A stretch of DNA of 63,686 nt, filler included, from Octopus bimaculoides (Eukaryota), in NCBI RefSeq assembly GCF_001194135.2. It is 6 parts of 6 records of this genome, joined end to end, with 100 filler letters (N's around TTAATTAATTAA, not from the genome) between each part and the next. Parts side by side here need not be neighbours in the genome. Positions count along the whole stretch, not along the records: positions 39,079 to 58,727 come from NC_069008.1; positions 58,828 to 62,345 come from NW_026330259.1; 4 more parts are not named here. One strand, given 5' to 3'. The translations under genes were made by a program, and so were the position numbers. Every line of letters begins with the position of its first letter. Positions within the stretch are counted from its first letter, which is position 1. Below the pieces are notes generated by a model. That model made no database searches. It had not been told where the DNA came from and worked only from the letters and a program-made list of their open reading frames with translations. Positions 50,468 to 62,134 of the stretch are shown piece after piece.

Positions 50468-51150
50468 TGCTGACAGCCTCATGCTGAATATCTCCAAGTA
50501 AGAAGCCCTTGTAGTCCTGGATACGCTCTGACCACACCTTCTTCCAGCATGCGATGAGGGGTTATTTTTTCATGTCTTTAAGAGCAGTATGCCTTACTGA
50601 CAGGTACGTTGCGATTGTGAAGTTATGCCAGTATTTGTTTAACTTGAAATTCTCATCTAAATTCATTACATCCTCAAGGTGTTGGAGAGAGTTCCAAGTG
50701 TTAAGTTCCTTGAAGGCATGAATCATGCCTTGATCCATAGGCTGGATCAGGGATGTGGTGTTGGCAGGGGCGAACTCAACTTGAACTCACTTGCGATTCA
50801 AATCCAAAGAGTGACCACTAGCATTATCCATAACAAGCAACACCTTGAATTCCATGCAGGCATTTTGGCGGTATTCCTTGGCTTGAGGGATGAAGCATTG
50901 GTGGAACCAATTCAAAGTTAGACTTTTGGTAATCCAGGCCTTGGGGTTGTGCATCCAGTGGACAGACAGCAGATTTTTATTTTTACTTTTGAAGGCCCTC
51001 GGGTTTGTGGACTTGTAGATAAGTCCTGGTTTCATCATGAAGCCAGCAGCATTGCCACAGGTAAGTAGCATTGCTCTGTCCTGTGCCTTAAATGCTGGGG
51101 CTCTGGCCTCATCCTTCATTATGTACATTCTAAAAGGCATCTTAACCAGT
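50468..51150 (-). pseudogene. Tigger/pogo (DDE_1, TIGD1-like) transposase relic
   Basis: MPFRMYIMKDEARAPAFKAQDR..CGNAAGF..NPRAFK..WMHNPKAWIT..WFHQCFIP..KVLLVMDNASGH, then after a frameshift PNTTSLIQPMDQG..WHNFTI. No TIRs seen. Confidence 0.9.
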
Positions 51151-51289
51151 CTTAATCAGTCAATCGTTGTTTGTCAAAGTCATTTGGTTGCCATTCCCAA
51201 CCTCATCAGTGACATCCTCCCTCTCCTTCCTGTCAGATTTGAAGTTGACCTGGAGTCAAGAGGATGTGTCATTAATGATGTCAGAGGCA

Positions 51290-52112
51290 ATGGGCTCCTA
51301 TCTATTTCCTGTGTACCAAATCCACTCACAAAGCTTTTGTTGGCCCAAAGCTATTGAGGAAGACACTTGCTAAAGGCTCTATGCAGTGGGACTGAACCCA
51401 AGACCACATAGTTGGGAAGCGCACTTCTTAACCACACAACTAATCCTGTACAATATATAATTGTACCTTTTATGTTTTATGATTTATCTTTTCATGTTTC
51501 AGTCTGTAGCCATGCTGGGGTACCACTTTGCAGGGTTTTAGCTGAACAAATCAATCTAAGGAATTATTTTCTGTTTTTTAAGCCTAGCACTTATTCTATC
51601 AACCTCCTTTGTTGAACGACTAAGTTACAGGGATGTAAACACTTCAACATCGGTTGTCAAGTGATTGTAGGGGACAAACACACACACACATCCTTTATCT
51701 TTTACTTGTTTCAGACATTTGACTGTGGCCATGCTGGGGCACCACCTTGAAGGGTTTTAGTTGAAAATATCAACCTCAGAACTTGTTTTTTTAAACCTAG
51801 CACTTATTCTATTGGTGTCATTTGCTGAACTGCTAAATTACGGGGATGTAAACATACCAAAACTAGTTGTGAAGTGATAATGGTGGGGACAAACACAGAC
51901 ATAAAGACAGTTATATACATATACACATACATATATATATATGTACACACAACAGGCTTTGTTCAGTTTCCATCTACCAAATCTACTCACAAGATTTTGG
52001 TCAACCCAAGGCTATAATAGAAAACACTTGCCTCAGGTGCCATACAGTGGGACTGAACCCAGAACCATGTGGTTGGGAAGCAAACTTCTTACCACACAGC
52101 CAAGCCTGCACC
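51290..52112 (-). mobile_element. Tandem bipartite SINE pieces (head 51290-51450, 3' half 51485-51690, complete copy 51691-52112)
   Basis: Homology to 28921-29487. Confidence 0.85.
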
Positions 52113-52797
52113 TTATATGTTTACTATTTTATTATTTTATATAAAAAAATCAATGTAAATATAATTCTTATAAGGTGAAGGTAACAGTTTGACCCTGGGG
52201 AACTGAAATTTTGCATAGTGGGGGCAAATTTGAATGAAGCAGAACATAGAGTATGTGCTTTTACTGATACTTTCTGTAAAAGGAATCATTTGAATGTAAC
52301 ACTTATGAATAAATCAACATTTCAAGACCAACTGCTGGTTATTGCCATCTTTTTAAAGCAATTTATCCAAACTGCTATGAATTCATGTAATCACATTTAT
52401 TCTATAATCGCTTCTTTCATAAGAAGCCCCAGGCAAGATTTAGTGATGCTGCAAGAATAACATAAAGAAATATCAGCTTTTCATTTCACCCCAGTATATC
52501 ATAAAATTTAACAAAAATAATATGACATTGCTTTCACTTTAGGTAAAAGCTTTCAGTATTACCAGAAGAAAAAAGGTGATTAAATTTCTGATTGCTGTGC
52601 AAATGAGTCTAGTTATCAGGCTTTTTGTGTGAATAAATGAATAGTAATAATTATATGGCTGAATGGCTAAACAGTTTGACTCCCAATCATATGTTTCAGG
52701 GTTTTCTCTTACTGTGACATACTGTGTATCAGAATAGCCTTTAGGTTGACCAGTTCCTTGTAAGTGAAATTCAGCTGACAGAACATGTGCAAAAGCC

Positions 52798-52839
<42 letters not shown>

Positions 52840-53451
52840 TTCATACATATATGTACATACTGACATATATATATGTATATATATGGGTACAGGACGTCAC
52901 AAAATGTAAACAACATCAAATACGAAGGCAAACTTGTTTTTACGAACAACGAGAGAAACAAATGGAAAACAAGACAAGTAACATAAAGAACGACCCTTCA
53001 TCAGTTTTTGGTTGTTTATCTACATCACATTTTCGAGTAATTCACGACAATATGTGCCTTTGAGAAAACAGTTGCTGCCACAAACCAAAATAAAATTTGG
53101 GATTTTGTGGAGGGTCAAAGTCGGTAAGAAAAACAGGACAGTGAAACAAATAGTAAGGGCTGCTAAGCCAGATGCGGTAAGGTGGCGAATGCTGAGGAAC
53201 ATTCTTTGACAGGAGATATGGTAGGAGAGGAGACAGACAAGAATATGTCTGGCCTGTGCAACAGACTGGAAGAAAAAGATGGACGATGGACACATGTGAG
53301 CAACGAGAGAGTAAAGAAGGAAGAGGGAGAGAGAAGGGGAGAAAGAGAGGGGGTGGGACAGATAGAAAATGGTGAAGGAGGGAAAAAAGAATTANNNNNN
53401 NNNNTGAAGGAGGGAAAAAAGAATTAGAGAATGGAAGAGAGAGAAAAACGA

Positions 53452-53490
<39 letters not shown>

Positions 53491-53800
53491 AGTACAGAGG
53501 AGAGTTGCATCAAAATTATTAAGATAAACTTAACTGGAAATGGATGTGTGGCATTCAGTCATATAATAATATAAATAATATATATATATATGTATATATA
53601 AGAATATATAAGAATATATAAAAATATATATATAAATATATATATATAATGGAGGCCACTACGTGGACCGCTAATGTGCTAGAAGAAGATCACATGTCAT
53701 GTATCTCCTAAGACCGAATAATTCTCAAAGGGGATTCAGCAAAGCAACAAAAACGTAAATCGGGAAAGACCAGTGAAAATTACACAATAAAATACACTTA

Positions 53801-53866
53801 TCTGCAAACATATGTTTCGAAATCAACATTTTCTTACTGAAAATATCTGTTTCACATCATTACAGA
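53801..53866 (-). ncRNA. Degenerate minimal type I hammerhead ribozyme motif
   Basis: TCTGTA-[ATGATGT]-GAAA..TTTC-GAAA-CATATG-T-T-TGCAGA. 6-bp stem I and palindromic helix III; core differs from CUGANGA at C3 and A9. Confidence 0.45.
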
Positions 53867-54809
53867 CGGTGAATATACAATTTAGAGAACCGCACACTAA
53901 GTCGTACACCATAAGGAAGGCATGTGTATGTGGTTCTAAAATATTATACATACTGGCAAAATTCAAAAGTCGTCATTTTTGTGTGCTAAATCCGGACATA
54001 TCTCCACAGAAAAAAGTTCTTCAATGGATATACTAACTCTGAGAATTTGGTTATGGTAAATTAAATTAAACAATAGGGTAAAAAATTGGATATTAATCAA
54101 TATCAATTTAATATCAGGTAACAGGTAATGTGCTTGTTACCTGGTATTAAATTGATATTAATTAATATCCAATTTCTTACCCTATTGTTTAATTTATATA
54201 TATATATGCATATATGGGTACAGGACATCAGGATCATTTGTAAAGCTACATAAATCTGGAGGAGAAGCACATTCTAAAGAGGTCTCAGGCCAGTAGTGAT
54301 TAAGCCTGGGTAACCCTCTCAACTAGCCTACTCCACTATAATATATATATATATATATANNNNNNNNNNNNNNNNNNNNNNNNNNNNNNNNNNNNNNNNN
54401 NNNNNNNNNNNNNNNNNNNNNNNNNNNNNNNNNNNNNNNNNNNNNNNNNNNNNNNNNNNNNNNNNNNNNNNNNNNNNNNNNNNNNNNNNNNNNNNNNNNN
54501 NNNNNNNNNNNNNNNNNNNNNNNNNNNNNNNNNNNNNNNNNNNNNNNNNNNNNNNNNNNNNNNNNNNNNNNNNNNNNNNNNNNNNNNNNNNNNNNNNNNN
54601 NNNNNNNNNNNNNNNNNNNNNNNNNNNNNNNNNNNNNNNNNNNNNNNNNNNNNNNNNNNNNNNNNNNNNNNNNNNNNNNNNNNNNNNNNNNNNNNNNNNN
54701 NNNNNNNNNNNNNNNNNNNNNNNNNNNNACCTGTATGGGTACCGTCTTGGGAAGAGGGCGTCCAGAGGCAGGTAATATGTTGCTTAAACCGTAGTTTATG
54801 TAAACATAA

Positions 54810-54842
<33 letters not shown>

Positions 54843-54886
54843 AATTGTAAATCCAAAAGATAACAACAAAACTACAAAGGATTCCG

Positions 54887-54947
54887 CGGTACACGTGTTT
54901 CAAGCTTTATATGTGTATAATTTACAATGTAAAGCTATCCTCAGCCG
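54887..54947 (-). ncRNA. Minimal type I hammerhead ribozyme motif
   Basis: CGG-CTGAGGA-T-AGCTTTA..TAAAGCT-T-GAAA-CACGTG-TA-CCG. Intact core, 7-bp helix II (U-U at its base), palindromic helix III, GUA cleavage triplet, 3-bp stem I. Confidence 0.6.
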
Positions 54948-55179
54948 ACCTATATATATATATATATATATATAGGCATGAAAATGTGTTTCTTTGCAGT
55001 TCTAAGGGTTCTAATTCTTATTTCTAGCAATATAGGTGCTACCCAGCACCCTCAGTCACAATTAGTGACAACTGAATTTTTCCTTTTTGGCTTTATAAAT
55101 ATATATATATAGATATATAGGTCATATAACGGCAAAAGAAGCACTCTCTAAATCATTAGAACTCTAATATATTTTTTTA

Positions 55180-55381
55180 GGAAGTTAAAAGTTATGGCTA
55201 GTCATAGAGTGACCATTGGTTTAGCACCTATAAAGCACTTACAAGTATAGGTGACTCATCAAACTCAAGTAGTTGAAGATGCCGTCAGTCATTTGAGTTT
55301 GAGGAGTTGCTTAAGCTGTAAAGCACTTTACAGGTGCTAAACTAATGGTAACTCTATGACCAGCCATAACTTTTAACTTCC
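55180..55381. mobile_element. Foldback MITE with TA flanks
   Basis: 61-bp inverted arms (55/61 identical) starting GGAAGTTAAAAG, TA on both sides, inner stem AAACTCAA/TTGAGTTT. Confidence 0.8.
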
Positions 55382-55414
55382 TATAACACACACACACACA
55401 CACACAAATATATA

Positions 55415-55626
55415 TTCTTTTATCCTTTTATTTGTTTCAGTCATTTGACTGTGGCCATGCTGGAGTACTGCCTTTAGTCAAACAAATGGACCCTAGGGTT
55501 TATTTTTTGTAAGCCTAGTACTTATTCTATATGTCAATTTTGCTGAACCACTAAGTTATGGGGACATAAACACACCAACATCAGTGATCAAGCGATGGTG
55601 GAGGGACAAACATACACACACACACA

Positions 55627-55657
<31 letters not shown>

Positions 55658-55659
55658 AC
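55415..55659 (-). mobile_element. Bipartite SINE 3' half running into (CA)n and a gap
   Basis: Homologous to 28921-29180 with CG to TG/CA decay. Confidence 0.85.
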
Positions 55660-57258
55660 NNNNNNNNNNNNNNNNNNNNNNNNNNNNNNNNNNNNNNNNN
55701 NNNNNNNNNNNNNNNNNNNNNNNNNNNNNNNNNNNNNNNNNNNNNNNNNNNNNNNNNNNNNNNNNNNNNNNNNNNNNNNNNNNNNNNNNNNNNNNNNNNN
55801 NNNNNNNNNNNNNNNNNNNNNNNNNNNNNNNNNNNNNNNNNNNNNNNNNNNNNNNNNNNNNNNNNNNNNNNNNNNNNNNNNNNNNNNNNNNNNNNNNNNN
55901 NNNNNNNNNNNNNNNNNNNNNNNNNNNNNNNNNNNNNNNNNNNNNNNNNNNNNNNNNNNNNNNNNNNNNNNNNNNNNNNNNNNNNNNNNNNNNNNNNNNN
56001 NNNNNNNNNNNNNNNNNNNNNNNNNNNNNNNNNNNNNNNNNNNNNNNNNNNNNNNNNNNNNNNNNNNNNNNNNNNNNNNNNNNNNNNNNNNNNNNNNNNN
56101 NNNNNNNNNNNNTATATACATATATATATATGTCAAAATTGAGGGAGTGGAACAGGTAAAATGCATGCTACATATGTTTCTTAGCTAACTGTACAGTTGT
56201 GCAATTAGAAGTATTCATCATAGCTAATCATCAGGCTGAGATTCCCCTAAATGAAGGTTACATTGTCATCTGGATTTTTCCAAGTAAACTCACTGCTGTG
56301 GTGAAGTGAACTGAATAAAGAAGCCAATGAAATAAAAGAAAAAAGGAAAAATGCAAAGAAAGCAAAAACTCAAAAAGTATGTCAAAGGAAAGGGTGAGAT
56401 CGAAATATGTGGGAGTGACAGTGACCTAGGGTTGAGGTGTAGGAAGAAAATGAGAGAGAGGAGGAGAAGAAAGAAAGGAAAATGTCTGTTATTGTTAAGG
56501 GGGAGAAAGTATCTAAGGAAGGTGATGACAGAAACTGGCTGACTATTACAATCCTGTCGTCTGAATTATACACACACACACATATCATCATCATCATCGT
56601 TTAACATTCATTCTTCAAGCTGGCATGGGTTGGACAGTTTGACAGGAGCTGGCCATCCAGGGAGCTGCCCAGACTCCAATTTTCTGTTCTATAACATCTT
56701 TATTCTTTTAGCTTATCAAGTGCTATTCTACAAGAACAAAGATAATGATGAGTTGACGAATCTGCATATTTAATTCTTGATTTTAAAATTCCTTACGTTT
56801 TTTCCTTACAGAAAATAAAATAAAGTTCTTTAAATATTTTGGCTGTAAATGAACTGGAAGTTTATTCTGTCTGGTGAAATGGTTAGATGCCAGGGAAACT
56901 CTAGAGTAACAGGCAATTGGGTCCCTTCATGGATATTCTAAGATATGTGTTTTAAAATGGTATTAAGTACTTCTTCTATTTGTGGACACCCAAAAATATA
57001 CAGACACACACACATGGATAATTATAATCTTCTACTTTTTCTTCTCATCCTAATCTATTGTCTTCTCCATTGTCTACTGTATTGAACATCTGTCCAGTCT
57101 TGGACATTTTCAGATATTCTACGAGGAGACATTATTGTGCCCTTCTTAAACTTTTCTCTATATTAGAAGAGAGGGACAACATTGTGACCTACTTTTCACA
57201 GTAGGACAATGAGAGAGAGAAAGCAGCATGAAAGAAAGAGAGAGGGGGGGAGAGAGAG

Positions 57259-57317
<59 letters not shown>

Positions 57318-58350
57318 GTCAGGGAGGGGAATCAATTCTTTACATGATTGGTATTTCATTCAACAACCCTGGAAGTATGAAATGGCAAATTTGATCTGTG
57401 AGATTTGAACCCAGATTGCCATGGAATGATAGAACAAATAACACAAAGTGTTTCATTCAATGCTCTAATACGTGTGCTAATTTGCTGCCATTTTAATTGG
57501 CACTAAAGAACCATAAAAAATATTTAAAGAATAGAGGGAGAAAAGCAATTTTTAAGGGAAAAAACATGATATTGGAAATTATATGATGAATATTTCCACT
57601 AGGGAATTAATTAATTAATTAATTAAAAAATCTCATTGTTGTAAAAAGACAGAGATCTTCTGTGCATACTTTTTATGTTACTGACAGGGATGTGAGCTGG
57701 GGGTGGACACAGGAAGAGGAAGGCTTGATGAAACAGCAGTGTTCTCGGTGGACAGATATCTCTCAAGTAAAAAAAAAAAATTCCAGTACTTTGGAAAAGA
57801 GTGAAGCCCAGTATTTCCTTTATGTTGCGCTTGATGACATATCAGCTTATTCTTTGAAAGTCCCACAAACATATTGGTTCTTTTTTCCTATAAGAAATCA
57901 CTAGCACCTCTCCCACTTCTTCGTTTTATCTCTTTTCATTTCTGGAATACTGGATGCTCTAAGCAGACTCCCACAAAACTTTTCATTGCACAACACAGCC
58001 AGTTCCAAAAGTGATAGATATATGTACACACACATACACACACACACATACACACACACACACGCACACATGCATGTATACATGTATATATATTTATATG
58101 TATCTCTGTCTCTCTCTATACATACATACATACATACATACATGTGTGTGTGTGTATGTGTGTAAAACAATTACAGTGAATATGGGAATCAGTACATCTA
58201 CGTATTTTTTTTATTTTTCCCGCCAATTATTACAGTACTAATCTCTATATTCACTTTAATTGTTTGGGATTTATGTTCCCCTAAATATTCATAATCCAGC
58301 AATGCAAGCCCAGAGTTTACCATTGGATGAATTATAGAGGGATTACTTAC

Positions 58351-58400
58351 CTTAAGTAATCTTAGATGTTCCTTACAACTCGATACAGTTAGTCTGAACC
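58351..58400 (-). CDS. Candidate 50-nt coding exon, product unknown
   Basis: TATAATCAG acceptor, AAG|GTAAGT consensus donor, one open frame FRLTVSSCKEHLRLLK. Confidence 0.3.
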
Positions 58401-58444
58401 CTGATTATAATTGAGTGCTCTTACGGATAATTTCTCCATATATA

Positions 58445-58727
58445 CATCATCGTTTAACGTCCGCTTTCCATGCTAGCATGGGTTGGACGATTTGACTGAG
58501 GACTGGTGCAACCGGATGGCTACACCAGGCTCCAATCTAATTTGGCAGAGTTTCTACAGCTGGATGCCCTTCCTAACGCCAACCACTCAGAGAGTGTAGT
58601 GGGTGCTTTTACGTGTCACCCGCACGAAAACGGCCACGCTCGAAATGGTGTCTTTTATGTGCCACCCGCACAAGAGCCAGTCCAGGGGCACTGGCAACGA
58701 TCTCGCTCAAAAACCCTACAAGGCCAG
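58445..58727 (-). mobile_element. Young RTE-tail retroposon
   Basis: CATCATCGTTTAACGTCCGCTTTCCATGCTAGCATGGGTTGGACG..GGATGCCCTTCCTAACGCCAACCAC. CpGs intact; truncated by a gap. Confidence 0.85.
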
Positions 58728-58827
58728 NNNNNNNNNNNNNNNNNNNNNNNNNNNNNNNNNNNNNNNNNNNNTTAATTAATTAANNNNNNNNNNNNNNNNN
58801 NNNNNNNNNNNNNNNNNNNNNNNNNNN
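58728..58827. other. Assembly join spacer
   Basis: 44 N + TTAATTAATTAA + 44 N. Confidence 0.95.
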
Positions 58828-58904
58828 CGTGCGCGCGCGCGTTAATGTGAGCGCGAGCCTATGTGTACAGGTTCAAGATATGAGATTCTGGAAATATTAA
58901 AAGA

Positions 58905-59400
58905 CATTAACCTATTAAACCTTTTGAAATATTTATGTTGAAATTCATTGCCTTTGACTTACGTAATTAATTTTAGAAATAATGAAGAGTTTAGAAAAAC
59001 AAGTTTGTCGTTTTATGTTCATTTATGTTCCAAATCCTAACTTAATTGTTGGAATTTGGAACATAAATTAACATGGAATTTTGATGGATGGCTTTAATTA
59101 AAATAACTTCAGCACTTTTGATACCAACCCTCTTGAGACCAGCCCTGGTTCTATGTTATAAATATCTTAGTCCTTTTGATACCATTTTTTCTGCTGAAAT
59201 GTACTGCCTTTGTTTTAATTAATTTCGAAAATAAGGAAGAATTTATTCCAATAATTTTCTCATCATTAAGCTGGTGTTTCAATTAGAAACCTCGATGAAA
59301 TTCTTGACGGAAGGTTTTAATTTAGATCCCTTGAACAGGAAGATTGTATCATAGAATCAGAGTGCAGTCCCAGGAAGGTTGATGTCAAAAAGTTTAAGGA
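58905..59400. mobile_element. Cluster of related AT-rich MITE copies (TTAA/piggyBac-type, tentative)
   Basis: CCTTTTGATACC-like termini at ~59115 and ~59173, GTCAAAAAGTTTAA at ~59390, inverted homology between 59113-59165 and 59345-59398. Confidence 0.45.
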
Positions 59401-59554
59401 ACGTCTGTCTCTACGGTGGGCGTAGAAAGCTTGTTGTTAAAGAAACATTTGACATAATTACGATGAATGCCGGGAATGGTTTCTGATTCAGACACAAGGT
59501 ATAAGTGCAGGAAGGAAATTTGCTTAGTGGCTGCAAATCCATATCCAAGGTTTT

Positions 59555-59760
59555 TTGCAAGCGAGGTCGACATATTCCCGTCGAATGGTACTTATTTTAC
59601 TGACGAAGAGATGAAAGGCAAAAGTCGACCTCGGCAGAATTTGATCTCAGGACGTAAAGAAGGACGAAATGTTGCTAAGCATTTTGCCCAGCGTGTTAAC
59701 GATTCTACCAATTCGCCGCCTTATAATAAAGTAAATTCGACCTCGGCAGAATTTGAACGG
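59555..59760 (-). mobile_element. Meta-like SINE plus a duplicated B-box segment
   Basis: TCGACCTCGGCAGAATTTGA occurs at both ~59627 and ~59737. Confidence 0.7.
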
Positions 59761-60304
59761 AAGTTTAATCTTGTATGACAGTAATGAAAGCAACAATTAT
59801 TCAGTATGCGTCGTAAAAAGCAGGCCCCACTTAACGAATATGGTGTACCATAGGTGTTGGGAATAATTAACATGCCGTTCGACATGTATCCATTATAATT
59901 AATCGGATACATTTGCAATTCACACTAATTACGGGACCGAAATTTTATTTCTAATCAAGTAATTCCATTCAGTTTGAGACTACAAATATTAAAAGGAAAT
60001 GATAAACTGTTGAATGAAAATGAATTCGCATGTTTTATTTATGCGTATAACACTGAAATGGAATTTTAATGCAGATTTAAATTGCGACTGCATAGTTAAA
60101 CCTTAAATATTTCAAACGTAGAAGTTCATTAAAATCCTGAATAATTACACAGTTGCTAATCTTTAGCACTGAATAAACTTTTTTCTAAAATCATAACGGT
60201 GAACGATTACATTATTCCGGACCTCTTTATCATCGCTGCCCGTAATTATGGTTGCAGGCTGGTCGTAACTATAGGCTGGTCGTAACTATAGGCTGCTCAT
60301 TATC

Positions 60305-60650
60305 TGTTGTTTCCGCCTTCTCTTTCATTTCACCTTCCTTATCATCTTTCTCCTCTTCCCCCTCCTCTTCATCGTCGTCGTCCTCCTCGTCCTCATCCAC
60401 CTCGTCCTCCTCGTCCTCATCCACCTCGTCCTCCTCCACCTCGTCGTCCTCGTCCTCCACCTCGTCCTCCTCCACGTCGTCCTCCTCCACGTCGTCCTCC
60501 TCCACGTCGTCCTCCTCGTCCTCGTCCTCGTCCTCCCCCTCCTCGTCCTCCCCTCCTCCTCCTCCTCCTCAACCTCATCATCATCATCATTATCATTATT
60601 GCCACTTCGTCGTCCTCGTCGTCGTCGTCCTCCACCTCGTCCTCCTCCAC

Positions 60651-60702
<52 letters not shown>

Positions 60703-60843
60703 TCGTCGTCGTCGTCATCAGCATCATCGTTTGCGTCGGCGTCGTCGTCGTTGTCATCATCAAAACCATCGTCAACAATAATGAAAAGAACGATAATAAT
60801 AACTACAACATAACATCGTCAATAACCGTCATCGTCATCATCG

Positions 60844-60878
<35 letters not shown>

Positions 60879-61009
60879 GTCATCGTCGTCATCGTCATCA
60901 TCATCATCATCATCATCATCATCGTCGTCGTCGTCGTCATCATCATCATCCTCCTCCTCCTCCTCCTCCTCATCATCATCATCGTCGTCTTCGTCGTCGT
61001 CATCATCCT
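60305..61009. repeat. (TCC)/(TCG)/(TCA) trinucleotide mosaic
   Basis: Directly visible. Ends at the gap 61010-61914. Confidence 0.9.
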
Positions 61010-62024
61010 NNNNNNNNNNNNNNNNNNNNNNNNNNNNNNNNNNNNNNNNNNNNNNNNNNNNNNNNNNNNNNNNNNNNNNNNNNNNNNNNNNNNNNNNNNN
61101 NNNNNNNNNNNNNNNNNNNNNNNNNNNNNNNNNNNNNNNNNNNNNNNNNNNNNNNNNNNNNNNNNNNNNNNNNNNNNNNNNNNNNNNNNNNNNNNNNNNN
61201 NNNNNNNNNNNNNNNNNNNNNNNNNNNNNNNNNNNNNNNNNNNNNNNNNNNNNNNNNNNNNNNNNNNNNNNNNNNNNNNNNNNNNNNNNNNNNNNNNNNN
61301 NNNNNNNNNNNNNNNNNNNNNNNNNNNNNNNNNNNNNNNNNNNNNNNNNNNNNNNNNNNNNNNNNNNNNNNNNNNNNNNNNNNNNNNNNNNNNNNNNNNN
61401 NNNNNNNNNNNNNNNNNNNNNNNNNNNNNNNNNNNNNNNNNNNNNNNNNNNNNNNNNNNNNNNNNNNNNNNNNNNNNNNNNNNNNNNNNNNNNNNNNNNN
61501 NNNNNNNNNNNNNNNNNNNNNNNNNNNNNNNNNNNNNNNNNNNNNNNNNNNNNNNNNNNNNNNNNNNNNNNNNNNNNNNNNNNNNNNNNNNNNNNNNNNN
61601 NNNNNNNNNNNNNNNNNNNNNNNNNNNNNNNNNNNNNNNNNNNNNNNNNNNNNNNNNNNNNNNNNNNNNNNNNNNNNNNNNNNNNNNNNNNNNNNNNNNN
61701 NNNNNNNNNNNNNNNNNNNNNNNNNNNNNNNNNNNNNNNNNNNNNNNNNNNNNNNNNNNNNNNNNNNNNNNNNNNNNNNNNNNNNNNNNNNNNNNNNNNN
61801 NNNNNNNNNNNNNNNNNNNNNNNNNNNNNNNNNNNNNNNNNNNNNNNNNNNNNNNNNNNNNNNNNNNNNNNNNNNNNNNNNNNNNNNNNNNNNNNNNNNN
61901 NNNNNNNNNNNNNNNTATATATATATTAGTATATATTAGTATATACATATATATATGCTTGCATACGCATTTATATAACGGTGCTTTTATTTCATTATTG
62001 AATACCCATATGCATACATATGTG

Positions 62025-62071
<47 letters not shown>

Positions 62072-62134
62072 TTATATAGGTAGATAGATAGATAGATATA
62101 GATATATGTATATATATGTATGTATATATATATA

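Noticed and set aside
51150-51290. Permuted Tigger C-terminal segment upstream of the DDE region
   Set aside because: Similarity by eye is too weak to support; it needs an alignment to the family consensus.
53373-53426. 22-bp direct repeat TGAAGGAGGGAAAAAAGAATTA
   Set aside because: It flanks a 10-N gap on both sides, consistent with an unmerged contig overlap.
57605-57626. (AATT)n run resembling the assembly linker
   Set aside because: No flanking Ns. It is an ordinary tetranucleotide repeat.
60257-60295. 17-bp tandem duplication containing TAACTATA (homing-endonuclease-site-like)
   Set aside because: Only 8 bp match the I-CeuI site. It is a simple local duplication.
60269-60505. Acidic D/E-rich protein on the minus strand (and Ser/Pro-rich frames on plus)
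   Set aside because: All frames are open because of a TCC/TCG/TCA mosaic. No convincing splice context or domain.
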